DNA of 64,000 nt, from assembly GCA_951406725.2 (NCBI GenBank), contig OX597815.1, positions 102,548,001 to 102,612,000 of the forward strand, written 5' to 3'. Below, one piece after another: positions 27,206 to 41,141 of the stretch. The notes beneath the pieces are model-generated. The model saw only the letters and a program-made list of their open reading frames with translations. It did no database searches and was not told the DNA's origin. Position 1 is the first letter of the stretch; every line of letters starts with the position of its first letter. The position numbers were made by a program, and so were the translations under genes. The DNA is from Octopus vulgaris. Taxonomy: Eukaryota.

Positions 27206-27710
27206 TGCATGGAAAAATGCAAGCATGAAAAATAAGATTCTTAAGATTATAAACCTGGAAAAGTACAGGACAAGTTATTACACCTGTAAGAGTATAGGAC
27301 AAGCTATTACTTCAAATAAAGAATAAGAAACTTTTTACTTAAAATATTGCAGCTAAAATTAAAATTTGACTATTAAAAATTATTTTATTATAGGTTTCAA
27401 ATAGCACTATACATATTTAAGTACAATTTGGCTACTTTACTACTTTAAATACAGAAAATAGTGACTAATTAGAAAAACTTGCAAATTAGCTGAACAGTTT
27501 TGCGCAATAAAAGATGAGAATTCTAAAGAGTGATAAATTAGAAGAAGTGGCATTCTTTGGTGCAATATTTTAAGTAAAAAGTTTCTTATTCTTTATTTTA
27601 CTTGAAGTAGTATTTTGTCCTATACGTTTACAGGTGTCATAACTTGTCCCGTACTTTTCGAGGTTTATAATCTTAAGAATACCACTTTTCATGCTTGCAT
27701 TTTCCATGTA
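27206..27710. mobile_element. MITE with ~150 bp terminal inverted repeats nested in the Helitron
   Basis: 27206-27358 (catggaaaaatgcaagcatgaaaa...attcttaagattataaacct...aaaatattgca) is the reverse complement of ~27555-27710. The right end abuts (TA)n. Confidence 0.85.
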
Positions 27711-27789
27711 TATATATATAAATGCATGGCAGTACATGAAGTTTTTTTTAAAAAAAGGGGATCATGTATATACCTCCTGGCTGTTGAGA

Positions 27790-30570
27790 TTATAACACCT
27801 CGTTGTAAACAATGTTCCTTGTTTTTCCTTGTGGAGCATATACAAAAGGGTTTCTTTTGGTTCCTACTCTTGAGCAGCCAACATACAGTTGCCCATGCGA
27901 GAAGCAGGGCTCTTCCAAGAGAAGACCAGCTACAAAGAGGGTTTGACCCTGAGATTTGTTAATGGACATGGCAGAGCTGACACGAAGGGGGAATTGCAGT
28001 CTTCTGAATGTAAATGGAATTTCTGCTCCTGATGGAGTAAAAGAAATTCTTGGAATAAAGACGTCATCACTTTTTCCACATCCAGAAAGAATGATCACCT
28101 CGATAACGTGTGACATCATTTTCTTTATCACCAGTCGTTTTCCATTGCAAAGTTTTGGTGGTTCCAGATTGCGGAGTAGCATTACAGGAGTTCCAACTTT
28201 AAGTGCTAATATGTGTGGAGGTAGTCCAGAGGCTCCAGTGAATTGAGAAATTCAGGAGGATAATCCACAACTTCATTTATATCTGGAATTGTATCAACAG
28301 ACTTGTAAGTGTGTATAGTGCCGGGAAGAGAATGCATTAGCTGTTGATTAATTTTAACAGCGACGTTTTTTTTGAGCTAATATTGCTCTTTCACAGAGCC
28401 AATTGTGATTTTGGCAGTTTTGTGTGAAGTTGGGAAAGACTTCGTTTTTGAGGTCATCTACAGAATTAACAACAGAGGAAAATGACCACACTTCCATTTG
28501 TCCTGCAGCATCGAAAAGCATTGCCTTCACCAAGTGTCAAAATGTTCTGTGCAAACTTTGTGGACATTTTGTCGCCGTGTAGCTGAGCTCTCATGTTAGT
28601 GGTGAGACTGAGGATTGTAACATGATGCCACAGGGTAGAGGACTTTAGGCATGCTTGGACTTCATCTGCTCTAGTGCCTTTCGGAATGATAGGATTGCCA
28701 GAAATCACCTGACAACAGAAGCGTTACACCTCCCATTGGAGCCTGACAGTCTCGGATATCTTTCAGGGCTCTATCTAATGCTTTCAAAGCTCCTTTGTGA
28801 GCCATAGTGCACTCATCCCAGACAATTAGATGACACATTTTAAGTACGTGTCCCTGATCTGAGCTTTTGTTGATGTTGCATGAAGGCATTTCGGATGCTG
28901 CTAAATTGAGAGGGAGTTTAAAAGTTGAGTGTGCTGTCCTGCCACCGGGTAACAAAGTAGCTGCAATGCCAGAGAGCATCGGGGAAGAAGATTCGTCCCT
29001 CGCGTTGGCGTACACTGTTAAGAATAGTTCCGTAGGCCTGCAGCTGGTCCGGAAGTAATTTAGCCTCATTTTCAACAATGTACTTTGAAAGCGCTTGAGT
29101 GTCGTAGATTGTTTCACGGATGACAGCAGTGGGAAGGCATTTGACCCTGACCTGAATGCTTGTGGCAGGCCATACGTCAACAATTCATTTCCACCCAGTT
29201 TAGCAATTCTGTCTTCAATGTCAATGAGTGTTTTGTTATAGATTTCATTGCTGATACCCTCCATGTCAGGATAGAGCAGTTGAGCTTGGCGCTGAAAGTC
29301 TTCAGCCAGGTTGTCTCTATATTTGAGCCACAGAGTGGCCGGATCACACAGTTCGCATGCCTGTAGTAATACTGCAAATAGTGCCCTGAGACTTTTAGGT
29401 GATTATGATAAAGCAGCCTCTCCTGAAGTTGCATCCCATTGTGCACCATCTTCTAACAGACCTTGTTGATAGCAGGCTTCTCTGTATGTTGTGCAGACAT
29501 GTCCATGAACGGTTTTTAAGGCCTGGAAAGACGTTGGCCCTCTGACCCCATGCAGTAGTAGACGAAGGTAGAAGCACTGTTGTTGAGTGGGATGCACTAT
29601 GTATATTCGCCCAAGGCAAGTGTGAAACTTAATGCCAGGGTATCCATGAACATGTTTGACCTGCATTCCGTGGGGCCCATTTTTTCCATTCCAAGTGTAG
29701 TACGATGAAATCTGTGGATACAGCAAGGTTTGAGCGAATGGATCCACTTGACAAAGCTTGAAGAATGCAGTGAGTGTGCTATCCCTTGGTTCCTCTGCCA
29801 ACAGAGAAGCATTAGCATCGGTGAAGTACACTCTTTGACCATTTTCCAGGTACACTGCAAGCTGTTGAATGGCGGGGTGTCGATGGTGAATTGGAAAGCC
29901 AAAGATGCGCCAGAAAGCCTCGTTGCTACTTATGTACCGTCCCACCTGATAATGCGTCACCTCATCCTGGCAGTATTCTTGTTGAAGTCCAAACATTGCA
30001 GCGTCAGAACCCTTGTTTACATATTTGCAAACGTACTTGATGGATTTAACGGATTTGCAAAACTCAACGCTGATGTAGGCATTGAAAGTCTTTAACAGGA
30101 GTGGGCAGTATGGAACAATCCATCTATTATCCATATCGTGCTGTCCGATAGTTGCTGTGAAACCTCCGTCTTCTGGTTTTCTGCGTCTGTATGATGGATA
30201 CCATCAGCACCTGTCTGAGTTTCTTGTAGGAACCTCCTTGGAAATTTTTTCAACATATGTTGTCCTTCAAGCATGGTGAGTTTATGTTGAATCCACACCC
30301 ACATAGACCATGTACCATGTTTGCTTTAACTATTTCGTATAGTTCTTTGTCTAAAGCTGGATCAGGAAGCTCTGCAGAGATTATGTTGTCGATGTTATTG
30401 GAATTGATCTTCGCTGAGAGCCAAAGCAGGATATGAGCATGTGGAAGGCCACTTTTTTGCCACTCGATTGGGTACATGTCACATTGTATGGGCCCAATGA
30501 CTTGCCATTTTTGTATGAGCTCCATGAGAGAGATTAACTTGAGATGGAAAACTCGGGCGTTGAGATTCCG
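27790..30570 (-). pseudogene. Helitron Rep/PIF1 helicase (RepHel), frameshifted
   Basis: HUH motif EWQKSGLPHAHILLW; DNRWIVPY; SIKYVCKYVNKGSD; SGIAATLLPGGRTAHSTFKLP; IVWDECTM; LLSGDF; [23 protein letters not shown]; [13 protein letters not shown]. Split over at least 7 ORFs; the Walker A region appears deleted. Confidence 0.93.
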
Positions 30571-32039
30571 GTTCGAATGTAAGGCAGGTTTGAAAGTGTT
30601 CCCAACAGTTATTAGTTGTAGTGGTAGAGTGTTTATGCCGAATATGTACGTATGCATGTATAGATATGTATATATGCCTGTATATATGTACAAAATCACT
30701 GAGAAGGCTTTTGTTTGTCTGAAGATACAGCAGAAGACACATGCCAAGTCACCACACAGTGGGACTGAACCCAGGACTATGTAGTTTGTTACCACACAGC
30801 AACACCTGCCCCTATGTATGTGTGTGTGTGCGTATGTGTGTATGGGTAGATATATTATGCATTATATATGTGTATATATATGTGTACATATTACATGTAC
30901 GTCTATATATATACATCTACACATAAAATACAAAATACAAAGTTATATCTTGATATCGCTAGCGATAACAATACTCAAAATATATAACAGACTGGAATTG
31001 TAGGCCCGTCCCTTGCAATTTCGATCAATTGGATCTTGTCCTCCTTCTTGTATAGAAGTGTATGGCTGCAGCGAAATTCATTTTTGGACTTTCTTCTATC
31101 GAAGGCATTTTAACAAAAATGCTTCCGTAAAGACGGTGAAAATATTGTCAATTTCCCCAAACAGGGACACAATTCAATTTTTAAACAATGACCCTTCTCT
31201 GAAAGGGGGAGGGTTACGGTTTACAATTATCTAACAAATGCAACACAACAACGTTTCCCTGACGAGGAACCAACAAACGTGATTACAATAGTTAAACTGT
31301 AATAATAATAATAACAAACCTTTTTAATTTATCCCCATTTATGTGAAACCACTTATTCAAGTTCAAGTCATTGATGCAATTTTATACGAATTGCTAATAC
31401 ACACACACATAATAAGGGTGAAAAATTGAATATTAATTTGATTAATATGAATTGAAAACCTGTGGTGTAGCATATAAGACCATAGCGGATCTTCTAGCAA
31501 AATGGATGACCAGTGTTAATGGTTCATCCATGTTATATAATACTTTCACTTTAATAGTGAAAGTGTCTGCATTACAAAAGAGAGATGTTTTGTTTCACTT
31601 TTAACACGTAATATTGAAATAGTGGAGAAGATATGATATTGCTGTGGGGTCGCCCTAGGAAAAAAGTTAATATTGAGTTTTGCCGATGACACTCCCCGGA
31701 CCTTAAGTAAGACATGTGTAAAATTTGAATGAAATTGGTTGTGTAGTTCTCAAGTTTTAGGGAAACTCACAGACAGACACACATTCTCAGTTTTATATAC
31801 ATAGAGATAGCCACTACCAACACTATCTCATCTCTCTCTCTCCCTCCTCTCTCTCTCCAATTAACCATCGTAGAACTGATAACTGCAGATATATCTATAT
31901 ATATATACATACATATATGTATATATATAAATATACATATATATGTAAATATATAGATATATATACGTATATTTATACATACATACATACATACATACAT
32001 ACATACATACATACATACATACATACATACATACATACA

Positions 32040-32095
<56 letters not shown>

Positions 32096-32100
<5 letters not shown>

Positions 32101-32786
32101 AATAATTAAGATTCTGTTGAATTTGGTACTTAAGTTGATGAACCAAGTCAGTCCAAAATTATCCACAAAGTTCGAAGAAAAGTGGATAAAAATGAAATAG
32201 GTAACAAGGATGTCAATGTATTAATGCACTATAGTCGATTCAGGCGGCACCATCTAATCGAACAATGCAAGCGTTACGTCAATTTGAAAAATAGCGCTAT
32301 CGTCAGTTGTATAAATAGAGATTTTCAACAGACAAGATATTCTATTCTAACTTATAGCAAATTTTTCATCAGAACTAGAGAATTAAAGAATTCTATGCTG
32401 CCATTATTGTAACAGAAATAAACTAAGAGAGAAAATAACCTCAACTTTGGAGTGGCATAAGTGGATCACAGTGGGGATTTGGAAATGAATTACAATCCCA
32501 TAACCCCAATGTGATCTACTTCTGCCACTCCAAAGTTGTAGTTGTTTTCTCTCTTAGTTTATTTCTGCTACAATAGTGGCAGCATAGAATTCTTTAATTC
32601 TGTAGCTCTGATGAAAAATTTGCTGAAAATTAGAATAGAATATCTCGTTTGTTGAAAATCTGTATTTTTTCAACTGAAGATGTCGCTGCATTTCAAATAG
32701 ACGTAATGCCTGCATTGCTCGATTAAATGGAACCGCCTGAAACGGTCATATTACATTAATATCTTGACATCCTTGTTACTTACTGA
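32096..32786 (-). mobile_element. Penelope-like terminal repeat with inverted duplication (~280 bp arms), hammerhead-like motif in each arm
   Basis: Bounded by (TA)n. Arms 32201-32477 and 32502-32779. CTGAAGA(32674)...GAAA-CGGTC(32739-32747) on +; CTGACGA(32306)...GAAT on -. PLE identity is inferred, as no RT is visible. Confidence 0.65.
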
Positions 32787-32794
32787 TATATATA

Positions 32795-32869
<75 letters not shown>

Positions 32870-32872
32870 TAT

Positions 32873-35045
32873 ATAATTAAGATTCTTTTGAATTAGGTAC
32901 CTCAAGGGAAGCACCAAGCCAGCTCGATATAGTCCGCGCAGCTCGTAGTTAGGTGAATAAAAAGCAAATAACTAACATGGATATCCAAGTATCGGTGGAT
33001 TACCGCCGTTTCAAGCGGCTCCATTTAATTGATCAATGAAAATATTACATCAATTTGAAATAGACCGTTCTCTTCGGTGCAGACTACCCTACAGATTTCC
33101 AACATAATGGATAAACAAAGTTTTAGCAAAATCTCATCTGTACAAGCGACTAAAATAATTACATAGTTTCAATTTGTTATTTTTGTGGCAGAATGAATTT
33201 AGGGGAAAATGAATGCCTAAAGCTTACTACAAAGAGTTCCAACTGTGTGAATTAAAGGAGAGAGGAATGAGACGTATACTAACTTAACGAAAATTTTGTA
33301 TTTTATATTAAAATTTAAAATTTAGAGAAAGATTTTAGAACCATGTAAGAGAAAAAGAATAGATAAATTAACATAACCCTTACAAGTGGGGTGCTTTAAT
33401 AGAAAGCTCACAAGGCCTTTTCCTTGCCTATTGCTAAGGGATCATGCTAAAACTATTCAACAATTGACCTCTATTCAAATTAAGAAGTCATCAGGATAGG
33501 AGTACATATTGAATCAAAACCAGAGGTTAAAGGCTATATATTTCTATATCAGATAAAGTTATTTAGAAGAACCTTGAAAACATATTTATACATAAAGATT
33601 ACCAACATTATGAAAAAAACATGAAATGATATAAGAAAGTATAAGAATACCACAAGGTTGCAAGTCGCAACGAAAATTTTAGGAAGATCAAAATAAGAAA
33701 TAAGTGGAAATTTTACCGGTGAGTGTTTTAAATTATAAGGCACAGAAAGAAAATGACTCTCTCCAGACACAACAGAATATGCTTCAACATACGAACTCAT
33801 ATAAAGAATCTGCAAACCAAATCCCAAAACGAAATATATACATAAAACTATCATTACGTCCATTATGCTAGAGGTCGCCCCCTATGGCCTTACCACTAAA
33901 AAAGGAATATTCTCAAGAAACGGGTTTGTGATTAATCTGTATATTTTGTATATTTTTATTTGTCTTGCTCGCTTACGTTCTGGCGTTTGCTAAATTTTCT
34001 TGAGAACATTTCTTTCTTTGTGATAAGACCATAGGGGGTCGACTTCTAGCATAATGGATGTCCTCTTAGTGGTCATCCCTCTTATATTTATGTAAAATAA
34101 TTTTTCTGAATCTTCAGATTTTTCTATATGCTAGAGCACTGGTTTTAAATTGAGATTAATCAAAAATAAATATTCAAATGAGTGTGTGTGTGTGTGTGTG
34201 TGTGATATTCTTATACCTTCTTAATGTTGGTAATTTTTATTTATAGATGTTTTTTCAAGGTTTTTTTAAAGTTAGTTTACCTGATATAGAAATATTTATC
34301 TTAGTTTTTAGCCTTTAATCTCTGGTTTTGATTCAATATGTACTTCTACTCTGATGATATCTTGATTTGAGTATAGATCCATTATTGAATAGTTTTAGCA
34401 TGACCACCTTAGCAATATACAAAGAAAAGGCCTTATGAGCTTTCTCTTATATATTGAAGTACCGCACTTTACTGCTTAGGTTGATTTATCTAAACTTTTT
34501 GCTCACATGGGTCTAAAATCCTTCTTTAAATTATAAATTTTAATATAATATACGTTTTGCTAAGTTAGGATACACCTCATTACCCCCTACTTTAATTCCC
34601 ACATTTGGAGTTCACTGTGGCCTTTCTTGTTTCTCAATCTACTTTTATTTGATAATTATGATATGTTTAGCTACCCCTGTTCTTCTTCTTTCTGGTTATC
34701 AACTCTTCTCTATTTGTCATTGCTGCTAGCAACTTAGATATTTCCTTTTATTTAGATAAGGCTGGATATTTGGTCCCAGTTAAATAGGAGCCGGGTAGAG
34801 TGTCTGACATTAATTAATTTATCAGCACCAAGAATTTAAGTGTTAGTTCCCAATGGATTTAACTCTAAGGGGTTGTTGGCAACAGGCTGCATTAAATGTG
34901 ATAAAGATAAATACAAATGAAGCTATATCACCAAACCTTTTTCTTGGTCCCCATTCTCATTATTTTCCACTGCCATCCTAAATTGTAGTAGGCTTTAGGT
35001 ATAAATTTTTTCCCAAAATTCATTCTGCAACAGAATGAATTTATG
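32873..35045 (-). mobile_element. Related Penelope-like element with 1.85 kb imperfect palindrome
   Basis: Start taattaagattcttttgaattaggtac is homologous to 32103-32129. Hammerhead-like CCGAAGA(33077)...long stem...GAAA(33012-33009) on -. Arms ~33180-33920 and ~33996-35035. Bounded by (TA)n. Confidence 0.6.
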
Positions 35046-35078
35046 CAACGGAATATGTATACACACGTATATATATAC

Positions 35079-35252
<174 letters not shown>

Positions 35253-36631
35253 ATCTATCTATACATTCTTCTTGATTAGTTAGTGTACCATGAAGAAAAT
35301 GACTGAATAATAATATAAAGAAACATGAAAAATATAATGAAGACAGATGAAAAGGAAAACCTATTTCGCCCTACATAAGTAAACTGTAAAGTACAAATTA
35401 GAAAATGATTGTAGAAAAGTTTCCAGACAAGAACAAATTATCAGAAAAAAGTCAGCGACTCGAAAGTTGATTCTGCTTTCCTATTATGTTGCTATAGTTA
35501 TTGGTGGATGCAGATTTCAAGACTTGGATTGATGTCGAATGTTGATTTTATATAGTTCATGGTAATGTCTATCATATTCTTTTCGACTACTTATATTTTA
35601 AAATAATCCTCCTGCTTATTTTTAGGAAATTGAATTTCCCATGCAAAGGTTAATCTAAATGTTGTAGGTGATTCTGCGAATGTTTTTCAAGAAAAGCAAA
35701 AGTTTGAAATTCGGTGGATTTTGCACCTTTATCTCAATGATCTTCGCATACTATTAATGAGCAGAATAGTTTTCCGAAATAGAAGTTTCACACGTAGTTT
35801 GTAATTAAGCTGTAATTTATTATGACACCCTTGAAAGCAACAAATGTCAATATATAATTGGATGTTTCATTATCGCAACGCAGCAAGTCTCACACATACC
35901 CTGCAAGTGAAGTTTAAATACGTCTGTGCTACGGAGCTAAGTGTCGAACAGAGAAGATGGTCTTTCGCAATGTTATAGTATCGAATATGCTAAGCTAAAA
36001 GCATGACTTATGAAAAAATTATTATATCGTGTTGTTTATTTATAATAAGTTTATCTTTGCACAAAAGCAGTACCGTAGTCATTGAGATATACGTGATGCA
36101 GGAGACATGTCTAGTTGAAAACTTTCCGATATAAATATCAAATGCCATTGAAGAGCATCGCAATAACAATACTTGCTAGAGGTTTGATTACTAAATATTT
36201 TAACTCCAACATAGAATCCACTGCTTTAGTGTTAAACATATATCTTTTATTGACATGTACAGATAGATAAAACATTTTAGATTATGTTTATTTAATGAAT
36301 TCGTATGTGTATGTATTCGGTAAATATATTTGTCCTATGCTAAACATACATTTTAAATATACTTGTACAGACTTAGCATAAGCACATGCCAACCCACATG
36401 CTTACACATAAACACATATGTTTGTATGTACGCACACAAATGCATATTTGCGCGTTCAGGATATTTTAATACATGTCTAGAAGAAATATAAAACAAGAAT
36501 AAATTTGAAGCTTTAATGTAATATTCTATGTAAATATGTATTTAACCTTGTGTACGTGTATATGTGTTTGGGCCTGTACACAAACCAGTACGTGTTCGTC
36601 AACAAGTATGAGTGTGTGTGTGTGTGCGTGC

Positions 36632-36717
<86 letters not shown>

Positions 36718-36724
36718 GTATGTG

Positions 36725-36810
<86 letters not shown>

Positions 36811-39800
36811 TGCATTCCTAAGTATATATGTGTGAGTTGGCTTTTAAAAATTACAGGAAAATTTCTAGAAAGAAATGAAACATTGTTTTTATGAGGGAAG
36901 TTGCATTTAAGTTCTATGGGCAGTTTGCATTTGTTTGGTAAGTTGGCAACGTTTCCAAACAAGCAATTTCTTTTACTGTTTCTCTTCATAAAATGAAATT
37001 AAGAAAAAAGTTAGACAGGAAAAGAACTGGCAATGACTTTGGCCTTTTTATGTCTTCCCATACCAGTTAGAGTGATATTGTTGTGCTCCATTCGCAACAG
37101 ACGCTGGTCAATACTGGAAAGAAACAGGTAAGGAGAGAACAGTTGTCTCAATAGAAATTCTTTTAAAAAAGTGAACTTTGCTTAATCCAACCACGCTATG
37201 TATGTTATTGTTGGTACTGTTTAGACAAAATAAGCCCTAATCAATTAGATCCAGAATAAAAGGTATTCCGTCCATGACCATCCTTTTTAATTATCTAGTG
37301 TATCTTCGACCATATTATAAAATGTATGGTATTGGTTTTTTTAAGACAGTAAGGTGTAATTTTAAGAATATCTCGCTGTAATTTCTAGCAGGTCACGCGA
37401 TCATGCAGCAGCGCCTTCATTCATGTTGTGTCAATGAGCGGAACTAAAATATTCTAATTAAAAATATTACTTTCTGGACGTTAGCTTCAACGTCAGATCT
37501 TTGCTAGACCATTATCGTAACACGATTACGACTACTTATCAATACAGAAGAGAAAACGAAGCTCATTGTCCTGGAACTATATGACACTTCACTGGCATCT
37601 TAATTTGTCTTTGAAATGGTTCAACATTGAATTTCAATTTCCCAGAAAGCTTTGTGTTTTTTTCTGTAGTCGAGAGGAACAATTTGCCAATCCCCTTTTG
37701 TCTAATACAAATACTTCATTTAAGAAAGTTTTAATTTCATTGCTTTAGTAATTTAATAACAGTTCTTAACTTAACATCAATATAGTCTAAGCCTCACAAC
37801 CCAATGCCGAGGCTCCTAAGCATTTACTGAACCTGTTCGAAATAACAGCTTCATATCCCAGACATTACACACTAATATCTTAAAACAGGCTACTTCGGAC
37901 AATGAATACAAGATATAAAAAGGATGGAATAGTTAACGTTGAAATGCTTTTTCTCATGGGACCCATCAGTTAGAATTGACCTTCGGTTAGGCACCATGAA
38001 TACAATAACTTTACACGAATTTTGTATTCAGTTACAGGCTGTTTTGTTTTTCAGAATCAACGTAACAAAATTTAGCCGAATCTTAAGAAAGTTATTAAGA
38101 TGTTCGAAAGTGTGAAGTTAGGTCTATTACCGTTGCTGCAAACTAGTGGTATATGCCTCCTTCCCCGCCTCTCTTGCCCTCTCCTTTTCTCTTGTTCTCT
38201 CCTTTTCTCTTGTCCTGTCCGTCTCTCTTGCCCTGTCCCTCTCTCTTGCTCTCTCCCTTTCTCTTGGCCTCTCCCTCTCTCTTGCCCTCTCTCTCTCTCT
38301 TGCCTTCCCATATCTCTCCCCCCACATCTATGTTGAACAAACAACTATGATAACGATTAGAAGGTTAGGTAAACAATCTGGGGTACCTATTGCACAACAT
38401 CTCAAGAAATTTAAATTAATTCAAATTTAAATTGTAATGGTGGAAGAATGTATATCTTATCTATTCTCATAAGCAAAAGGAAGGGAGATATCCCTGAAGC
38501 ATTCATTTAAATGTAGTTGCAGATGAGTTTGATCCTGAACAAAACATTGACAACTCAGAAAAATGTCTCTTATTTAATTTATTAAACGTCTTTTGTGGTT
38601 TCTTTTTCTCTGGGCATGTTAACCTTACGCTGTAACAATCTAAAGATTTTCACCAAGTCATGACCATTTAAGTAATCTTCCACTGTTCACATGTTACTTG
38701 ACTCTTGCCTCTTTCCGCAAATGGCGTCTCTTCATAATCTTCTTGAATCATTTTGATTATTTCTGAAACCTACTAATACTCATTATTGTACATCAATATA
38801 ATGATGCACTTATCAATAATTTGGTAAGTAAGGAAAAGGATATAATTTCTAGACAACGTGTAACAAGATTAAATTATGTCGCGAGTTGTCTCCTGTAATC
38901 AAGAGAAGCAAATTAAAATAATTTGTTACTGAACTGACATTTCCTTTACCTCCTCACATTAACATCATTAATTAATCATGTTTTGTTTTCTGTCTGCACA
39001 AGTTATTTCTGCACTAACTTGGTTGTAATTTATCGTGCGGATAGCAACTTGCCCTTAGTAATTATAACGATATATTTAGCATTATTCTGTTAAATACCAA
39101 AGCATATTTCTCTAAAAGTCGGGTTGTTCACATGTTGAACTTCATTTGATATTAGATTTGCTTTATGAGTCTTGACCTGAGATAAACATAATTAAAAGCA
39201 AAAAAGTTCACAATTGCAAAAGTTCACGATTTTGGTGGGGGATTAAAGTGAATTTAGTATTTGATTGGTAATTCGTCTTATTGGTAGTTTATTTTATTGA
39301 CTTCAGTTGAATTCGAAATTAAAGTGACATTTTACTCGATGCTATAGCGATTCTTCCAATCTACCTCCCTTACAATAGTGAAAATAGGAATAGTACTTTA
39401 TTGATTTCCTTTCAGTTTTGATTTTAAAAGAATGTAATGAAATTGGAAAAAAATCCGATCAGCAATCTGGGTTTAAAATTGAGCTACATTATCAATGTTT
39501 ACAACAAATTGTTAATTATTCATTGTTGGCATCGCGCGATATACCCTCTGGATATCTTTTACTGAATGTAGGTTACTGTGAAATACTAAAATATTAATGC
39601 TTTCAACTTCCAGAGAATTTTTAATCTTGCAGCGAATCAGTGAAATATCAGCAGCTGCGAATGTATTTGTTGCCAAATATACTCTACAGTTGATGTTGTT
39701 GTTTAGCCACCGACTTACTTTGATCGGGTATCAAATGATACAAAGGCTTTCCACCACGAACTTCATGTCATTTTGACAGAGATATTATATTCGCTACTAA

Positions 39801-40872
39801 ATTATCCAACGCATTACTTTATTCAAAACGGTAGGATATAATTTGAAGAAGGTTTGACAATCTTCTAGCGTGTACTGGTTGAGTAGACAGTCAGAAAATA
39901 AAGGCATTCCGGACATGATCTACTCGTTTTTTACTGAATATAACCAGTCTAGGATTGCGTTGTCCAACTCTCATTGGCTCATCTGTTTCTCAGCTATCTT
40001 TGTAGACCCGTGCTCACAGGCATTTTTGTCTTGATCATTCTGTCTTTTTGACTACCTAGGAGAGTATTGCCGAATGTATTATTTCTGCTCTAGCACAGTA
40101 GGGTGTAATTTAAGTTATTTCATCTACAAAAATAATGTAAGGCATATTTGCAGTAAAACTCTTAATGTTTGATGTTTGTGATTATCTTGATTTTGATCCA
40201 TTTTGCTTTCGTTGTTGTTTCGAATTCACTTAAAGATGGGAAAAAATGTGCTCTTGTAAATCAAAACACTAATAATAAGAATAAGCAATTGAAAATGACA
40301 TACAGAAGTAGGAGACCAGAATAGAAGTTATAGTTTATTAATAGGAAGATAGAAATTAATGGCAATCATGAAGAGTCTGATTCCATGGGATATTGCGTAA
40401 ATTGAGTAGCTTGGTGGTTGAACAACTGAAGATAACGATGGAAGAAGCTAGCAGTTAAGAAGACATAACGTAAAGTATCCAAGAAATAAGAGAGAGACCG
40501 TTAAAGTGTGAATATTTTGATTATCACAGAAATAAACACGATTTAATGACAAAAGCCAAGAAAATAAAGACTATTTATTGGTAAAGAATGACGTGAAAGT
40601 ATAGAAATGTAAATACAGAGAAAGCAGGAGCCGAGAGAAACTATAAAGTCGGTATATGCATCACTGATTTCTTATAGCGGCACATGATAAAAAAAAGTAG
40701 GGAATAGGATATAATCGATTGATTTCATATCAAAACTTGCTGTTATTATTGTCTTGAGTGCATTGGTTTAAAAGACTAATCGCATGAAATGGAATTTGAC
40801 ATTCTTAACGTAAAGGGCGTAAATGCATTTTTCCTGATACGCCATTAAATTCTTCCATGGGTCGTTGTCATT

Positions 40873-40944
<72 letters not shown>

Positions 40945-41032
40945 ATTTTATTGGATAAAAGCACGCATACATATATACACACATACATATATGCATACAT
41001 ACATATATACATCATACATAATACACACATAG

Positions 41033-41063
<31 letters not shown>

Positions 41064-41073
41064 TGTATGTATG

Positions 41074-41141
<68 letters not shown>

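Larger units (their letters stand above)
24840..31807 (-). mobile_element. Helitron with both termini and a disrupted RepHel gene
   Basis: 5' end A|TCTCTATGTATATAAAACTGAG at 31807. 3' hairpin CCCGGgcaaggCCGGG then ttatactgCTAG|T at 24840. Insertion between A and T with no TSD. RepHel fragments inside. Confidence 0.88.

Noticed and set aside
32608-32632. CTGATGA...GAAA hammerhead candidate
   Set aside because: No credible stem II, and GAAA is not conserved in the mirror arm (ctataag).
35500-36050. Possible hAT C-terminal fossil (FKYVCATELSVEQ..SF)
   Set aside because: One weak motif only; too degraded to call.
38150-38325. 18 bp CT-rich minisatellite giving RE-rich ORFs
   Set aside because: Simple repeat (ctctcttgccct..), not a coding domain.
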